From Epiperipatus broadwayi (lineage: Eukaryota > Animalia > Onychophora), in the NCBI GenBank assembly GCA_028023455.1, contig JAQFVV010000004.1, positions 19,530,001 to 19,594,000 of the forward strand: 64,000 nucleotides of DNA, written 5' to 3'. Every line of letters starts with the position of its first letter. Position 1 is the stretch's first letter. Under the pieces are notes generated by a model. It had not been told where the DNA came from. It ran no database searches and saw only the letters and a list, made by a program, of their open reading frames with translations. Below are positions 39,101-51,989 of the stretch, piece after piece. The position numbers were made by a program, and so were the translations under genes.

Positions 39101-40539
39101 AAGATAAATGAATATTTTTTTGTAATTTCAGAAATAAAGTTCCAGTCTTGCACTATTTTATAGTTTAAACATATATAATAATCTATGATATATTAATTTA
39201 GATTATTACAGAATATTTATTAATTGTCTTATTATTAAATAAAATCATTATTTGTTAAATTTGAGTTAAGGGTCTTATTCAAATTAATAGATATATGATA
39301 TAGTAATCATGATTTAGAATTTTATTGCAAATATAAACATATAAAATCTAATTAGCAAATAATATAAATTTTATTATTGTATTAAAGTTCAGTAATGATT
39401 AAAAGTGAATCTAATATTTCATGAACATCTATTAGTACAAGTGCTAGTTAATAAATTATTATAACATTTTATATAATCATTAGTTTATTCATTTTTGAAT
39501 ATAATATAAACTTACCATCTAGTAATAAAAAGATTAGTTATGAATGAATATCATTACAAACTATTAATTAATATATCTGTCATAATTTTTAAATACATTA
39601 TTTTATATTGTGCAGACAATATTGACATTAAATCAATTTGGTATTTATCTAGTATATAAATATAATTAATAAAATTTGAACATTATTCTGATATAGATTT
39701 TGGATTATTTTATTAATAGAGCTTACTTAATCTTTGCTCATTTTATTCCATTATAGATTTGATTTACATAACTTGTACAGCACTATTAACTTTAGCTAGT
39801 CTATTTACATTATTATAAATGTTATTGTACAAACATTACCATTAGAGATTGTAACTTTATTCAATTAAAATGGTATATAAAAGTAAACAATCCATATGAT
39901 CAATTTATTCTGTTAAAGATTTCAGTATTCATTGTTTTAGTATTTTATTATAGTAAATATTAAATCTTTTTTTCATTTTGTACTGTTACATACAGATTTA
40001 GCTTGTTCAATGACTTGGGGTATTAATAAGAGGAATTCTTATGTTCTCACTTTTATACCAGAACAAATTTGGTGTTCAGAGCTAGAGCATATAAATAGAA
40101 TCTCTTTCTTTTGTTCATTTTTCTTCAAGTCCGTATTTGATATCTAAAGTTTGGGCACATAACAAAGCCTCTCTCAGTGCTCTCATTTTTCTTTCATTAC
40201 TATATATATATATATTGAAACAGATATACATTGTTTTATATATCCTAAAATTACCCTCTTCCCATTTTAAAATGGTTTGTTTAAAAAAAGAAAGCTGATG
40301 CAGTTATAAAAACAAAATGAGTAAATTTAAGTTCTCTGAAAAAAAAGAAGAGAAAAATCAATATTTAAAATATACATTTACAAATTAAATGACACATTTA
40401 ATTAACAAATTTTATCATTAAAAATCTGCTGTTTCAAATGTTACCAATATAATATTTTTTTTGTTAGAGCTGAATGTTTATGAATTACAATATGGAAATC
40501 CTGTAATTAGTTCATTAAAAAATAGTATCACTTTCTTGC

Positions 40540-41000
40540 CTTAGGCAAAAGAAGTCAACATGTTTTTGAAAAACATGTTGGTCACCATGGATGAAATAAA
40601 AAAGATGATAAAAAGTCATGGTAAGTTGAAGTATATAAAGTGAGCAATCGATCAATTCATGGAGTTGCAGTTGATTGATTATAACAATTGCTTTGCAGTA
40701 AACAGAAGTTCAGTATTAATCAGTTTACAGCAAAGAGTTTAATAATTGGACCAACTAAGTTTGGAGCCACCATGGCCATTAATCAAAGAAGTGCAGCAGT
40801 TAGTAGGAGAAGTCCATGGTTACTGTAAAACTGCAATATGAATAAGCAAATTATCAACATGGAAAACACTTGAATGTTTGGCTAGAAAGAATAGCTCACT
40901 CTCTCTTCACACATCTTGAAAAAAACACGAAGATAAAAAAACATGCCTAAGTGACCACAAAAGAAAATATATACCATTCAACTCTAAGACAACTTTCTTT
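40540..41000 (+). mobile_element. Decayed mariner-type transposase fragment
   Basis: VTMDE (first catalytic D region), then ..AINQRSAAVSRRSPWLL.. and G*K.IAHSLFTHL in the order expected for HDNA and HPPYSPDL motifs. No TIRs found. Confidence 0.45.
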
Positions 41001-41447
41001 TTAATGTGAAGATTTTATAGTGGTGAATCACCAACAGATAAATTTAAAGGTAAGAAAACTCTAAATAACATTTGAAATATTTAAAGGTATTTATGAAAAT
41101 GCTGTAAGAAAAGAATTTCAGAAAGATAAAATGAAACATGGTTATTTAAAATGATTAATTCAACAAAATGATAAAATGTTATGTACCAAAATAATTTCTT
41201 ATAAAATAATATAATTGCCATTATTATTATTAAAATTAAAAATGAAAAAAAGGTAAATTGAAATAGTATTGTAAGAAATAGTGAAACTTCACTGATTTTT
41301 TTTTAAGTGATAAAACTCTATAATCAAGGGTATAAAGAAATATATTTCAAATTGCTAACTTTAAATTTGCTAAACAGAATATAAAAACTATAGTATAAGA
41401 ATTTATTTAGGGTGGATACCCCGATATGTGTATATTTCATAAATGCA

Positions 41448-41685
41448 TATGTGTGTCTACATATAGAAATTAAATATGCATATATGTACATGAATTAAAT
41501 ATGTTTCTATGTACATAAATTAAATATATGTCTATATACATGAATTAAATATGTGCATCTACATACAGGAATTAAATATGCTTTTATGTACCTGAATTAA
41601 ATATGTGTCTATATACATGAATTAAATAGGTGTCTACATACAGGAATTAAATATGCATCTAGATAGATGAATTAAATATGTGATT
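41448..41685 (+). repeat. Minisatellite, about 9 units of 24-28 bp
   Basis: Recurring (G)AATTAAATATG..TCTA(T/C)ATACA(T/G) unit. Confidence 0.9.
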
Positions 41686-41764
41686 ATATTCAAATATAAT
41701 TATGCTATTGAATGATTAGATGAAAAGGATTAATCCGAATATGAATCAAACTTACCTAAGAGTA

Positions 41765-42279
41765 TATTACATTCAAATATCAGCCTTTCAAGCTAATTGT
41801 GCATACGCTTTTGCGAGTGTTAATAATAATAAATGAATACTTTCCTCTCCAATACAAGATATAGTATTTATGCAGGAATAAAATGAATCCACTTATTCCT
41901 ACAACTCAAATGCTTATATATGAGCAAATCTGAAGTACTGGCAAGGAAAGCGTGAGGATGGACCACTCACTTAAATTACTATATACGATGTCTGAATGAA
42001 TGACGTCGGTGAAATTGTCTAGAATTTACTAAACGTCACTCTAACTGAAACTTAATCATATGCAAATAAGCATTTATTTTTATATAGCGCATGTTTACAA
42101 TTGTATTACATTCAAATATCAGCCATTCAAGCTAATTGTGCATAAGCTTTTGCGAGTGATAATAATAATAAATGAATACTTTCCTCTCCAATACAAGATA
42201 TAGTATTTATGCAGGAATAAAATGAATCTACTTATTCCTATAACTCAGATGCTTATATATGAGCAAATCTGAAGTACTG
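41765..42279 (+). repeat. 176-bp direct repeats around a 163-bp spacer
   Basis: 41765-41940 and 42104-42279, 6 mismatches counted by eye. Confidence 0.92.
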
Positions 42280-42959
42280 CAGGGAATTAATAGACATGTC
42301 TACAAGCCATATAAATGTGCATACGAGGAGAATATAAACTCACTGAAGAAGAATTTAAACTTGCAAAATGATAAGGGAGGTATTCATGATGAACACATAT
42401 ATATCTAAATAAATCCCTACTATGTGAATGCAGGAAGAACAGGATTATGAAATCTAAATGATAGACATGGTATGATCATCAATGATGGGACCAAACAACA
42501 AAGAAGTTACTGATGAAATGGATAACTGATCTATGGAACCTGAACTACAATGAACTATTAGAAGGAGTGTTATCCAAATACTGTTATTTAAATAAATTGT
42601 GGTCATATAAAATAATATATCTTGTCAGTTTCTTTTCATATCAACCATTTTCTATTGTACTTGTTCACAGGAATCTCATGTTTCTTGAGCTATGTTTGGC
42701 ATAACCTGATCAGGGTGAGTAAGGTTGTAGTAAGCTGGAATTCTAGTGGTGCCATTTGGAAAACCAAACAAATAAGTTTCTAGATGTTTTCAGTGTCTTC
42801 AATGCTGCACCCTCTGATGAACAGGAAATATTATTGTGAGGGGATGTCAGCATTGGGTAACATCAATCAATCTTTCCTTCCTACAACATGCTCATCAGGA
42901 AATAAATCAACCATCAAAAAAGATGGAAATCCTAGTTCAGTTACTATATATATATATAT

Positions 42960-45560
42960 TGAAACAGTAAGATTCGTATTCGAATCGTAAGTTTCACCTT
43001 TTTTTATTGTCTCTCATTCACTTCTCTATCCTACCCAAATTTAAACTTTGTGGTATCTAATTGTGTAGCATTATTAAAAATGTATATATATATATGTAGA
43101 ATTCACCATAAACACGCACACATTTTGATCTCAAATTTAAGGCAATAAATAAAGATAAATAATATAATTTAGATTTCTTCTTTTAGTTATATAAAAAAAA
43201 TATAATTTTAACTATTTATTTTGAATTGTAAAATCCATTATTTATTGCTTTGTTTAAATTTCATTTAGTAATAATTTTAGAAATAGATTGTAATATTTAA
43301 CTAAAAGTAAAAATAATCATATATTCCCTTTTGTATTTAAAATTTTAAAAGCAACGGCCGGTGAGAGATAATAGATTAATTAAAAAAAGAAAAATTCCCT
43401 AAAATGTAATTGTAAAATGTAAATGTAAACAATAAAAAGGCAGTTTTCTCTATAATTAAAATTAACAAAAATGCATTGATTATCCTCAGGGCAGATTAAT
43501 TGGAATCCAAAAATAAACTAACAAAAATGTAAAAGATAAGATCTAAGAAAAGAGGCATTTTAGACTTTCTAGAAACTTTCAGTTTAACTTTAGCTGTGCT
43601 CTCAATCAGTTGAGAGTCTCCAAGATCTTAAATTAATTTTACCTGCCATGATATGGTCGAGTAGAAAGCGCCCAGACTATTCTCCATCCAAAGATGGTCT
43701 ATCGTATGCCAAACCTTCCATTGCCTTTCATAAATTTAACCATGAAGATCTGCTGCCTAAAATAATTTGAAAGCTGCTGCTGTTAAATTACATGAATCAT
43801 CTAAATGCTGTAAAGAACTGCTAATGCTAGAATCATGAACAATTTGCTACTGATCACTGAATCAGAAAACTTCTCATAAAACAGGTACCTGTATCCAAAT
43901 TCTCTAGAGTACTCTACTAATATCCCGCTATAGCTTATTCATTCTTTATATAACTTATAAACTGTAAATTCTCATTTGTAATGCTATAAATTTAATAATT
44001 AATAAGTAAATTTCTTTAATAATCTAGCCTGTCTAATTCTATCTTTCTTGGGTACGTATTTCTAAAATCTACATTTTATTATATAATTATCGCATGCTTA
44101 TAATTTTCTAAGTATAAATCTATGATTGCTTGAAGCAGTGGATGCACATCAAATCTTCATTAATATTTACCTCCATAAACTATTTAATATTTTCATATAA
44201 ATCGACATGCATTCGGTGTTTCATTTCTTGTAATGCAGGGGTCTACTGCTTAGAAAATGGCTGACATATTGGCTATAATCCTCACTCAGTTTATGTATTG
44301 TTTTTATATTTTATTAAATTTTAATTAATAATTCCATAAAATTGCATTTCTTTGAGAGTCAGAAATGTTCTTTATTAAATATTGATAATGTAGGGCCAAG
44401 TTATGAAATATATTTAAATCTTAACAGAATCATCTATGCATTATACACGTGTTACATTTTAGAGATGCGATGACCCATCACAAGCCTTGAATTTTTCGGA
44501 TTCTATAGGGTTGAAATTAACCCCAGTCATCCTACACAAGCTGACAAATAAATGTTTCGTAGGATTTGATGACTGTCATGCAGCCTGGAGGCAATTGTGG
44601 CACGAACCACTTGCCCCTGGTTATGCTTAATGACACCTTACCTCTTTGGGCCTATGGTGAACACCAGCCCGTTGTTCTCAACTCATTCACGGCTTTGCAG
44701 TTTCAATATACTGCCATTCCATATTGCCTTTCTAGATGTCCCACGTGTTTCTTTTATTAACTTTATTATTCTATGTATAACTCCGTCCCTGCATTAGTGA
44801 TATAATTCACTCTTAAATAAATGTTAGCCCTTAGTTATTAGTAAATATCTTTAATTAAATAAATATACGTCCACCGCTACTCTTATAAAATCTTACTTTA
44901 GACTCTTGCATTGCAAAGGTATAAATCCCTAAAGGCATGTCTTAGAAATACTTCCTCAAGAATTTTAGGTAGCTAGATTACGTCATCAAATAAATGTATT
45001 TCTCTTCGTTAACATAACAGTATTGGAAAATACCACTACTGAGGTCTTAAATATAAAGTATTATTTGTAAAATGATTTCGTATAAATGTTACTAAATAAA
45101 CAAATGTATTTCTTGAATATATAACAGTATCAGAAAATTTTGTTACTCAACTTAAATACTAACAAATATTATTAGTAAATGATTGATTATTAAAATGTTT
45201 CAATAAATAATGTCAAACTATATGTCTGCCATTACTTCTTTATTTATTTATTCGATAACCATTATATATAATATTTCCTTGATTTTGTAAATATAAGTGT
45301 TTAATTAATATTAGTGTTATTATTGGCTAACTTGAAAATAAAATCATGAATCTCTTGCAACATCCCTGACCACTGTGCCTAGAGAAATGTTTACTAATGT
45401 CACATCAGATGCATTGTTTCGTAGATTGTATTGTGGAATTGATAAACTATGTTCGAACTTAGTACTACGGGTGGCTTCACTACCTAGATGGTAATGCAGT
45501 TCTGTGTGGTGGTCGAATTCTGCACTATGTTCATGAATCACACGTTTTCCGACCATTACA
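42960..45560 (+). repeat. 5' LTR of G1 (2601 bp)
   Basis: About 94% identical to 47782-50376 in a 170-bp sample counted by eye. Confidence 0.9.
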
Positions 45561-45583
45561 TAGTATAATTTTTTTTTAGCATT

Positions 45584-45601
45584 TGGTGCCAACAAACGTG
45601 A
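45584..45601 (+). promoter_or_regulatory. Putative primer-binding site, displaced about 23 nt from the LTR
   Basis: TGGTGCC is complementary to the GGCACCA-3' end of tRNAs such as Phe or His. The match does not extend further. Confidence 0.35.
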
Positions 45602-46166
45602 AGGCTTCGATTATAAAACCCATATATACCCTGAGCAAAAATATAATGCATATAAATTTCTTTTAGCGTTCGTTACCGAGTTAGCTAATTATTCTATATA
45701 TATGAAAAAATAAATCGAGTAAAATAATGTGGGTTGAGTGAATGAAAGGATGGTAGACGTAATAACAAATTTAAGAAAAGCAGAGATGTGTGTGTAATTT
45801 AAGAAGGAACGAAAATACTCAGATCTAATGAAATATTTTTTTCATATATATGTCAAAAAAAAAAAGTAATCAGTCGCTAAATGAGAAAGCAAGTAGCAGT
45901 AAATATTTTATTAAAGCACCATTATATATATATCACAGACATCGGAGGCTTGTTATATATGTTAACAGTAAATATTTTATTAAAGTGCTATTATATATAG
46001 ACAGCAGTGGCTTATTATACGTGTTAGCAGTAGTTCGCTATAATATATATGTTAAATGCAGCAATATAGAGATAGGGCAATGTAGAGTAGGTGAGGGCAG
46101 TGAAAGGGTGATAGGACCAAGTATATCTAATGCTAGTAACAAATAAAATAAATAAATAATAAGAAA

Positions 46167-47261
46167 GTGGAAGCAGAAAATGTTAGTGTAGAGCAGGTAG
46201 ATTTATCTAAAGCTTTTGGAGGCTCAATGGACTTTAGTTTAAAATTACGTGAAATACTTAGACAGAATAGGGAACAAATGAGGAAAATTTATGAGGAGGA
46301 AGCAAAAAGAAGAGATGAAGAATCAAAAAAGAGACAGGAAGAAGAAAAGATAAAAGCTAAGAAGTATCAGGAAATTCAAAAATTTGTCTTGAGAAAGTTA
46401 GGAATGATAGCAAAGGAATATAGAATAACCCAAGTCAATAAAAAGGAAGAGGATAAAGATTTGGAAAATGAAAGGAAGTTAGCAAGATCTGATGAACCTA
46501 TGATAATAGAAGAACAGACAGATAGTGTAATAAATGTAGATAAGTGTGAAGAGCAAAGAGACCTCATTCCAACAAAAGAAGGCTCACAAAAACCATTGAA
46601 TGAAGACAGCATTGAAAAGGAAACAAGAATATCTGGAGTTAGTAAAAAGGAAGAAGAGATTAAAGATATGGAAAATGAAAGGAAGTTAGAATGATCTGAT
46701 GAATCTATGATAATAGATGAGCAAATAGACCTCATTCCAATAGATGAAGGCCCACAAGAACCGTTGAATGAAAGCAGTAAAAAGGAGACGAGTGTAGATG
46801 GGGATCAAAATATAGAAGGACCAAAGGTCATGGAAGAAATCATGAAAATGGACAATGGACACCAGAGCTACTTAGCAAAAATGATCCACATTAAAATCTT
46901 TATTAAAGGAAAGATAGAGGAAAACCCTCAAACCCACTTAGATTACAAAAGCTCTCCCATTTTTATAAGAAAGGACCAGATTTATGAATATCTATGGCCA
47001 GTTACCATCTACAAGGCTCTTCCAAAGACTGTTGGAAAATGGAAATATAAAACTATCCTATGTAACATGCCACTAACCATCCAACAATTAATGGCAGGCA
47101 GTCAAATAAAAGACATAGAAGAAATGACTGAATTTCTTACTACATTGGATTTTAACCATTGAGCCAAAGAACCACCTGATAGAAGGCAAAAATTAGAAAA
47201 CCCAAGGCTGCAGTCATCGACAATGAGAGATAGATATTATCCACTTGACCCAGGGTTATAA
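46167..47261 (+). pseudogene. Internal ORF of G1: K/E-rich coiled-coil-like region plus possible degenerate retropepsin-like segment
   Basis: ORF-track entries 46167-46694 and 46707-47162 share a frame, which continues after a second TGA to TAA 47259-47261. An internal duplication shows ARSDEPMI versus E*SDESMI, so the first stop looks secondary. Confidence 0.6.
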
Positions 47262-47765
47262 AAATATTTTAGCCTCTTAGGATGATTATTAAATGTATAT
47301 AAGAATATTAAAATGACTTTGGTAAAATGAATTTGGTTGAATGGAATTTACATTGATTAAATAAGGCTTTAGATAGAACTTTATATATATATATTATTAT
47401 TATATAAGGCTTTAGATAGAACTTTATATATATATATTATTGTTTTAATTACTATTACTCTTAAGAATTTTTTTTTATATATTATTTTAACTAATATTAC
47501 TCTAAGAATTTTTTTTATATAAATAATCAGTTTAACTAATGTTACTATATGATTTCTAACCAGACATGGCCAAATTGGGCCATTTTAAATTAAACTATAA
47601 ATTCTAGATCTGGGTATATAAATTATTCGTTGCTTCATGTAATCTCTGCTTTCTATATTTCTATATATCTGTAAAAAAAAAAAAAAATTTGTATTTAAAT
47701 TATGTGATGTAGCAAAAATTTTTTTTCTCTTTCCTTGTCTCCTTTGTTCTTCCTTAATTGTTCAT

Positions 47766-47781
47766 GAGAAGTACGGGGAAA
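47766..47781 (+). promoter_or_regulatory. Polypurine tract of G1
   Basis: GAGAAGTACGGGGAAA immediately precedes the TG of the 3' LTR. Confidence 0.75.
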
Positions 47782-50376
47782 TGAAACAGTAAGATTCGTA
47801 TTCGAATCTTAAGTTTCACCTTTTTTTATCATCTCTCACTCACCACTCTATCCTACCCAAATTTAAACTTTGTGGTATCAAATTGTGTGTGTAGCAATAT
47901 TAAAAATGTATAGATATATGTAGAATTCACCATAAACAGGCACACATTTTGATCTCAAATTTAAGGCAATAAATAAAGATAAATAATATAATTTAGATTT
48001 CTTCTTTTAGTTATATAAAAAAAATATAATTTTAACTATTTATTTTAAATTGTAAAATCCATTATTTATTGCTTTGTTTAAATTTTATTTAGTAATAATT
48101 TTAGAAATAGATTGTAATATTTAATTAAAAGTAAAAATAATCATATGTTTCCTTTTGCATTTAAAATTTTAAAAGCATCGGCCAGTGAGAGATAATAGAT
48201 TAATTAAAAAAAGAAAAATTCCCTAAAATGTAATTGTAAAATGTAAATGTAAACAATAAAAAGACAGCTTTCTCTATAATTAAAATTAACAAAAATGCAT
48301 TGATTATCCTCAGGGCAGATTAATTGGAATCCAAAAATAAAGTAACAAAAATGTAAAAGATAAGATCTAAGAAAAGAGGCCATTTTAGACTTTCTAGAAA
48401 CTTTCAGTTTAACTTTAGCTGTGCTCTCAATCAGTTGAGAGACTCTAAGATCTTAAATTAATTTTACCTGCCACGATATGGTCGAGTAGATAGCACCCAG
48501 ACTATTCTCCATCCGGAGATGGCCTATCGTATGCCAAACCTTTCATTGCCCTTCATAAATTTAACCATGAAGATCTGCTGCCTAACATAATTTGAAAGCT
48601 GCTGCTGTTAAATTACATGAATCATCTAAATGCTGTAAAGAACTGCTAATGCTAGAATCATGAACAATTTGCTACTGATCACTGAATCAGAAAACTTTTC
48701 ATAAAACAGGTACCTGTATCCAAATTCTCTAGAGTACTCTACTAATATCCCGCTATAGCTTATTCATTCTTTATATAACTTATAAACTGTAAATTCTCAT
48801 TTGTAATGCTGTAAATTTAATAATTAATAAGTAAATTTCTTTAATAATCTAGCCTGTCTAATTCTATTTTTCTTGGGTACGTATTTCTAAAATCTACATT
48901 TTATTATATAATTATCACATGCTTATAATTTTCTAAGTATAAATCTATGATTGCTTGAAGCAGTGGATGCGCATCAAATCTTCATTAATATTTACCTCCA
49001 TAAACTATTTAATATTTTCATATAAATCGACACGCATTCTGTGTTTCATTTATTGTAATGCAGATGTCTACTGCTTAGCAAATGGCTTGGCTATAATCCT
49101 CACCCAGTTTATCTATTGTTTTTATATTTTATTAAATTTTAATTAATAATTCCATAAAATTGCATTTCTTTGAGAGTCACAAATGTTCTTTATTAAATGT
49201 TGATAATGTAGGGCCGAGTTATGAAATATATTTAAATCTTAACAGAATCATCTATGCATTATACACGTGTTACATTTTAGAGATGCGATGACCCATCACA
49301 AGCCTTGAATTTTTCGGATTCTATAGGGTTGAAATTAACCCCAGTCATCCTACACAAGCTGACAAATAAATGTTCCGTAGGATTTGATGACCGTCATGCA
49401 GCCTGGAGGCAATCGTGGCACAAACCACTTGCCCCTGGTTATGCTTAATGACACCTTACCTCTTTGGGCCTATGGCGAACACCAGCTCATTGTTCTCAAC
49501 TCATTCATGGCTTTGCAGTTTCAATATACTGCCATTCCATATCGCCTTTCTAGATGTCCCACGTGTTTTTTTTATTAATTTTATTATTCTATGTATAACT
49601 CCATCCCTGCATTAGTTACATAATTCACTCTCAAATAAATGTTAGCCCTTAGTTATTAGTAAATATCTTTAATTAAATAAATATACATCCGCCGCTATTC
49701 TTATAAATCTTACTTTAGACTCTTGCATTGCAAACGTATAAATCCCTAAAGGCATGCCTTAGAAATACTTGCTCAAGAATTTTAGGTAGCTAGATTACGT
49801 CATCAAATAAATGTATTTCTTTTCGTAAACATAACAGTATCGGAAAATACCGCTACTGAGGTCTTAAATATAAAGTATTATTTGTAAAATGATTTTGTAT
49901 AAATGTTACTAAATAAATAAATGTATTTCTTGAATATATAACAGTATCGGAAAATTTCATTATTCAACTTAAATACTAACAAATATTATTAGTAAATGAT
50001 TGATTATTAAAATGTTTCAATAAATAATGTCAAACTATACATCTGCCATTACTTCTTTATTTATTTATTCTATAAGCATTCTATATAATATTTTCTCAAT
50101 TTTGTAAATATAAGTGTTTAATTAATATTAGTGTTATTATTGGCTAACTCGAAAATAAAATCATGAATCTCTTGCAACATTCCTGACCACCGTGCCTAGA
50201 GAAATGTTTACTAATGTCACATCAGATGTGTTGTTTCGTAGTTTGTATTGTGGAACCAATAAACTATGTTCGAACTTAGTACTATGGGTGGCTTTGCTAC
50301 CTAGATGGTGCTGCAGTTCTGTGTGGTGGTCGAATTCTGCACTATGTTCACAAATCACACGTTTCTGACCGTTACA
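47782..50376 (+). repeat. 3' LTR of G1 (2595 bp)
   Basis: Collinear with the 5' LTR throughout and ends GACCGTTACA. Confidence 0.9.
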
Positions 50377-50390
50377 ATATATATATATAT

Positions 50391-50861
50391 GTTATATGAG
50401 CACGGACTTTCACACGACCCACCACTCTTCACTCTATCTCATAATACTGATACATTTGAACACATAAATGTTGAAAAGATAAATAATCACCAATATACAT
50501 ATTTCATGCTAAACCAGCAATCTTCAGTTGGTCCAGATTACAATCTCTACACATATATGCTATAAGTGCTCAGATATATATTAAGATCGCCAGCCTGTCC
50601 ATTAACGTATAAAGATTGGCTATCTTAATATATATCTGAGCACTTATAGCATATATGTGTAGAGATTGTAATCTGGACCAACTGATGATTGCTGGTTTAG
50701 TATGAAATATGTATATTGGTGATTGTTTATCTTTCAACATATATGTGTTCAAGTGTATGAGTGTTATAAGATAGAGTGGAGAGTGGTGGGTCATGTGAAA
50801 GTCTGTGCTCATATACCCTATATATTACATATATAGACACAGGTATATAACAAGCCTGTAT
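50391..50861. mobile_element. Family A HHR foldback element, copy A3 (short arms)
   Basis: Arms about 50391-50592 and 50593-50820, about 40-bp tail with an ACAGG/CCTGT hairpin. HHR motifs at 50490-50531 (minus, CTGAAGA core) and 50678-50719 (plus, CTGATGA core). Likely TSD TTC(A/G)GTTA(C/T)TATATATAT at 42936-42953 and 50862-50879, separated by G1. Confidence 0.85.
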
Positions 50862-51989
50862 TTCGGTTATTATATATATGTATATGTATATTAATAAAAC
50901 AAGTTATAAATTTCATAATTTGCTTTTAAGCTTGCATTTAAATGATCACTAGATGGAGCTTACCAATAGCTCTAAACAAGCTTTATTTTTATAAGTGGTG
51001 AAAGAGAAGGAATTCAAAATCTCTATCATTAAGTCCTTACCTCCAGACTAATTGGTTTCAAGGTTATGGCTTACCTCAGTGGAGGACTGGGGCTCTAGAA
51101 ACTAGATCTAAAATACTAACTCAAAAGTCAGCACTTAAGTCTGAACTTTTCAGACACATAAAATGTCTTCAAATCCAGCTTTGCAAAACAGATTGTTATA
51201 TGGATATGAATTCAGCTCAGTTTCACCATATAGTAATAGTCTCTGCAATATAGCATCACAAAAGCCATCAAAGGTACACTTATAATAATTAATAAAACTA
51301 TATATATATATGCTTTGTTGCCAGAAAATAATATTTACCAGCTAACAAATAACTAAAATAACAAGTAACATCAAAACATTTATTGCACTTATTTACAACT
51401 ATAATATAGTGTCAATATATAAAAGTTCACTTCTATTAAAGCTGGGAAGATAACAAAAGCATATTTAACAAAATAATTAATGGGTTGAAGCAATACAAGA
51501 ATTTATTTGGGTAATTTCAGCTGCATTGTTTTGATTTAAAATAGGCCTGATATAATTTGGTGCTAGCAGTTTTAATTCCTGAATTTGAAATATTTCTGAT
51601 TGTAATCTTCATTGAAGTAATTCTAAACTAGTATATTCTATTCTGACTACAGAAAGGAGTTTGATGTTAACTGAAAGGAGATCCTTTGACTCCTCTTTGA
51701 GGTCTTAAAGGAAATGAGCAGGGCAAATTTTTGATGTCCACTCCATACATTCTTGTCATTGCAGCTGTTACTACTATAGGATTATTCACATAATATACAA
51801 ACATGAATTGGCTGCTCATTAATATGCATCAGCCAATATGGTGAGTTTATTGGCTTTTTAGTTCTGAGTTTAAGACCAAGAAACCATGATTTTTCTTCTC
51901 AATTGCTTGATAACTTCTAGCTGAAATATCAGTTTAATTATCTTGAAGGCAGAATGAATGTGTGTGTAAATGAACTTTTTTTTCTTAAT

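Larger units (their letters stand above)
42960..50376 (+). mobile_element. Non-autonomous LTR retrotransposon with 2.6-kb LTRs (family G1; LARD/TR-GAG-like)
   Basis: Direct repeats 42960-45560 and 47782-50376, both TGAAAC...TTACA. 4-bp TSD ATAT at 42956-42959 and 50377-50380 in a (TA)n tract. Polypurine tract before the 3' LTR. The 2.2-kb interior has no RT, RNase H or integrase. Confidence 0.9.

Noticed and set aside
41448-41685. CRISPR-like array
   Set aside because: Units are contiguous degenerate repeats without unique spacers, in eukaryotic context with no cas genes.
50950-51110. Cluster of minus-strand GTAAG donor-like sites as host exons
   Set aside because: No convincing open exon chain or recognisable protein. 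The same applies to exon-like patches near 7800-7930 and 12070-12470.
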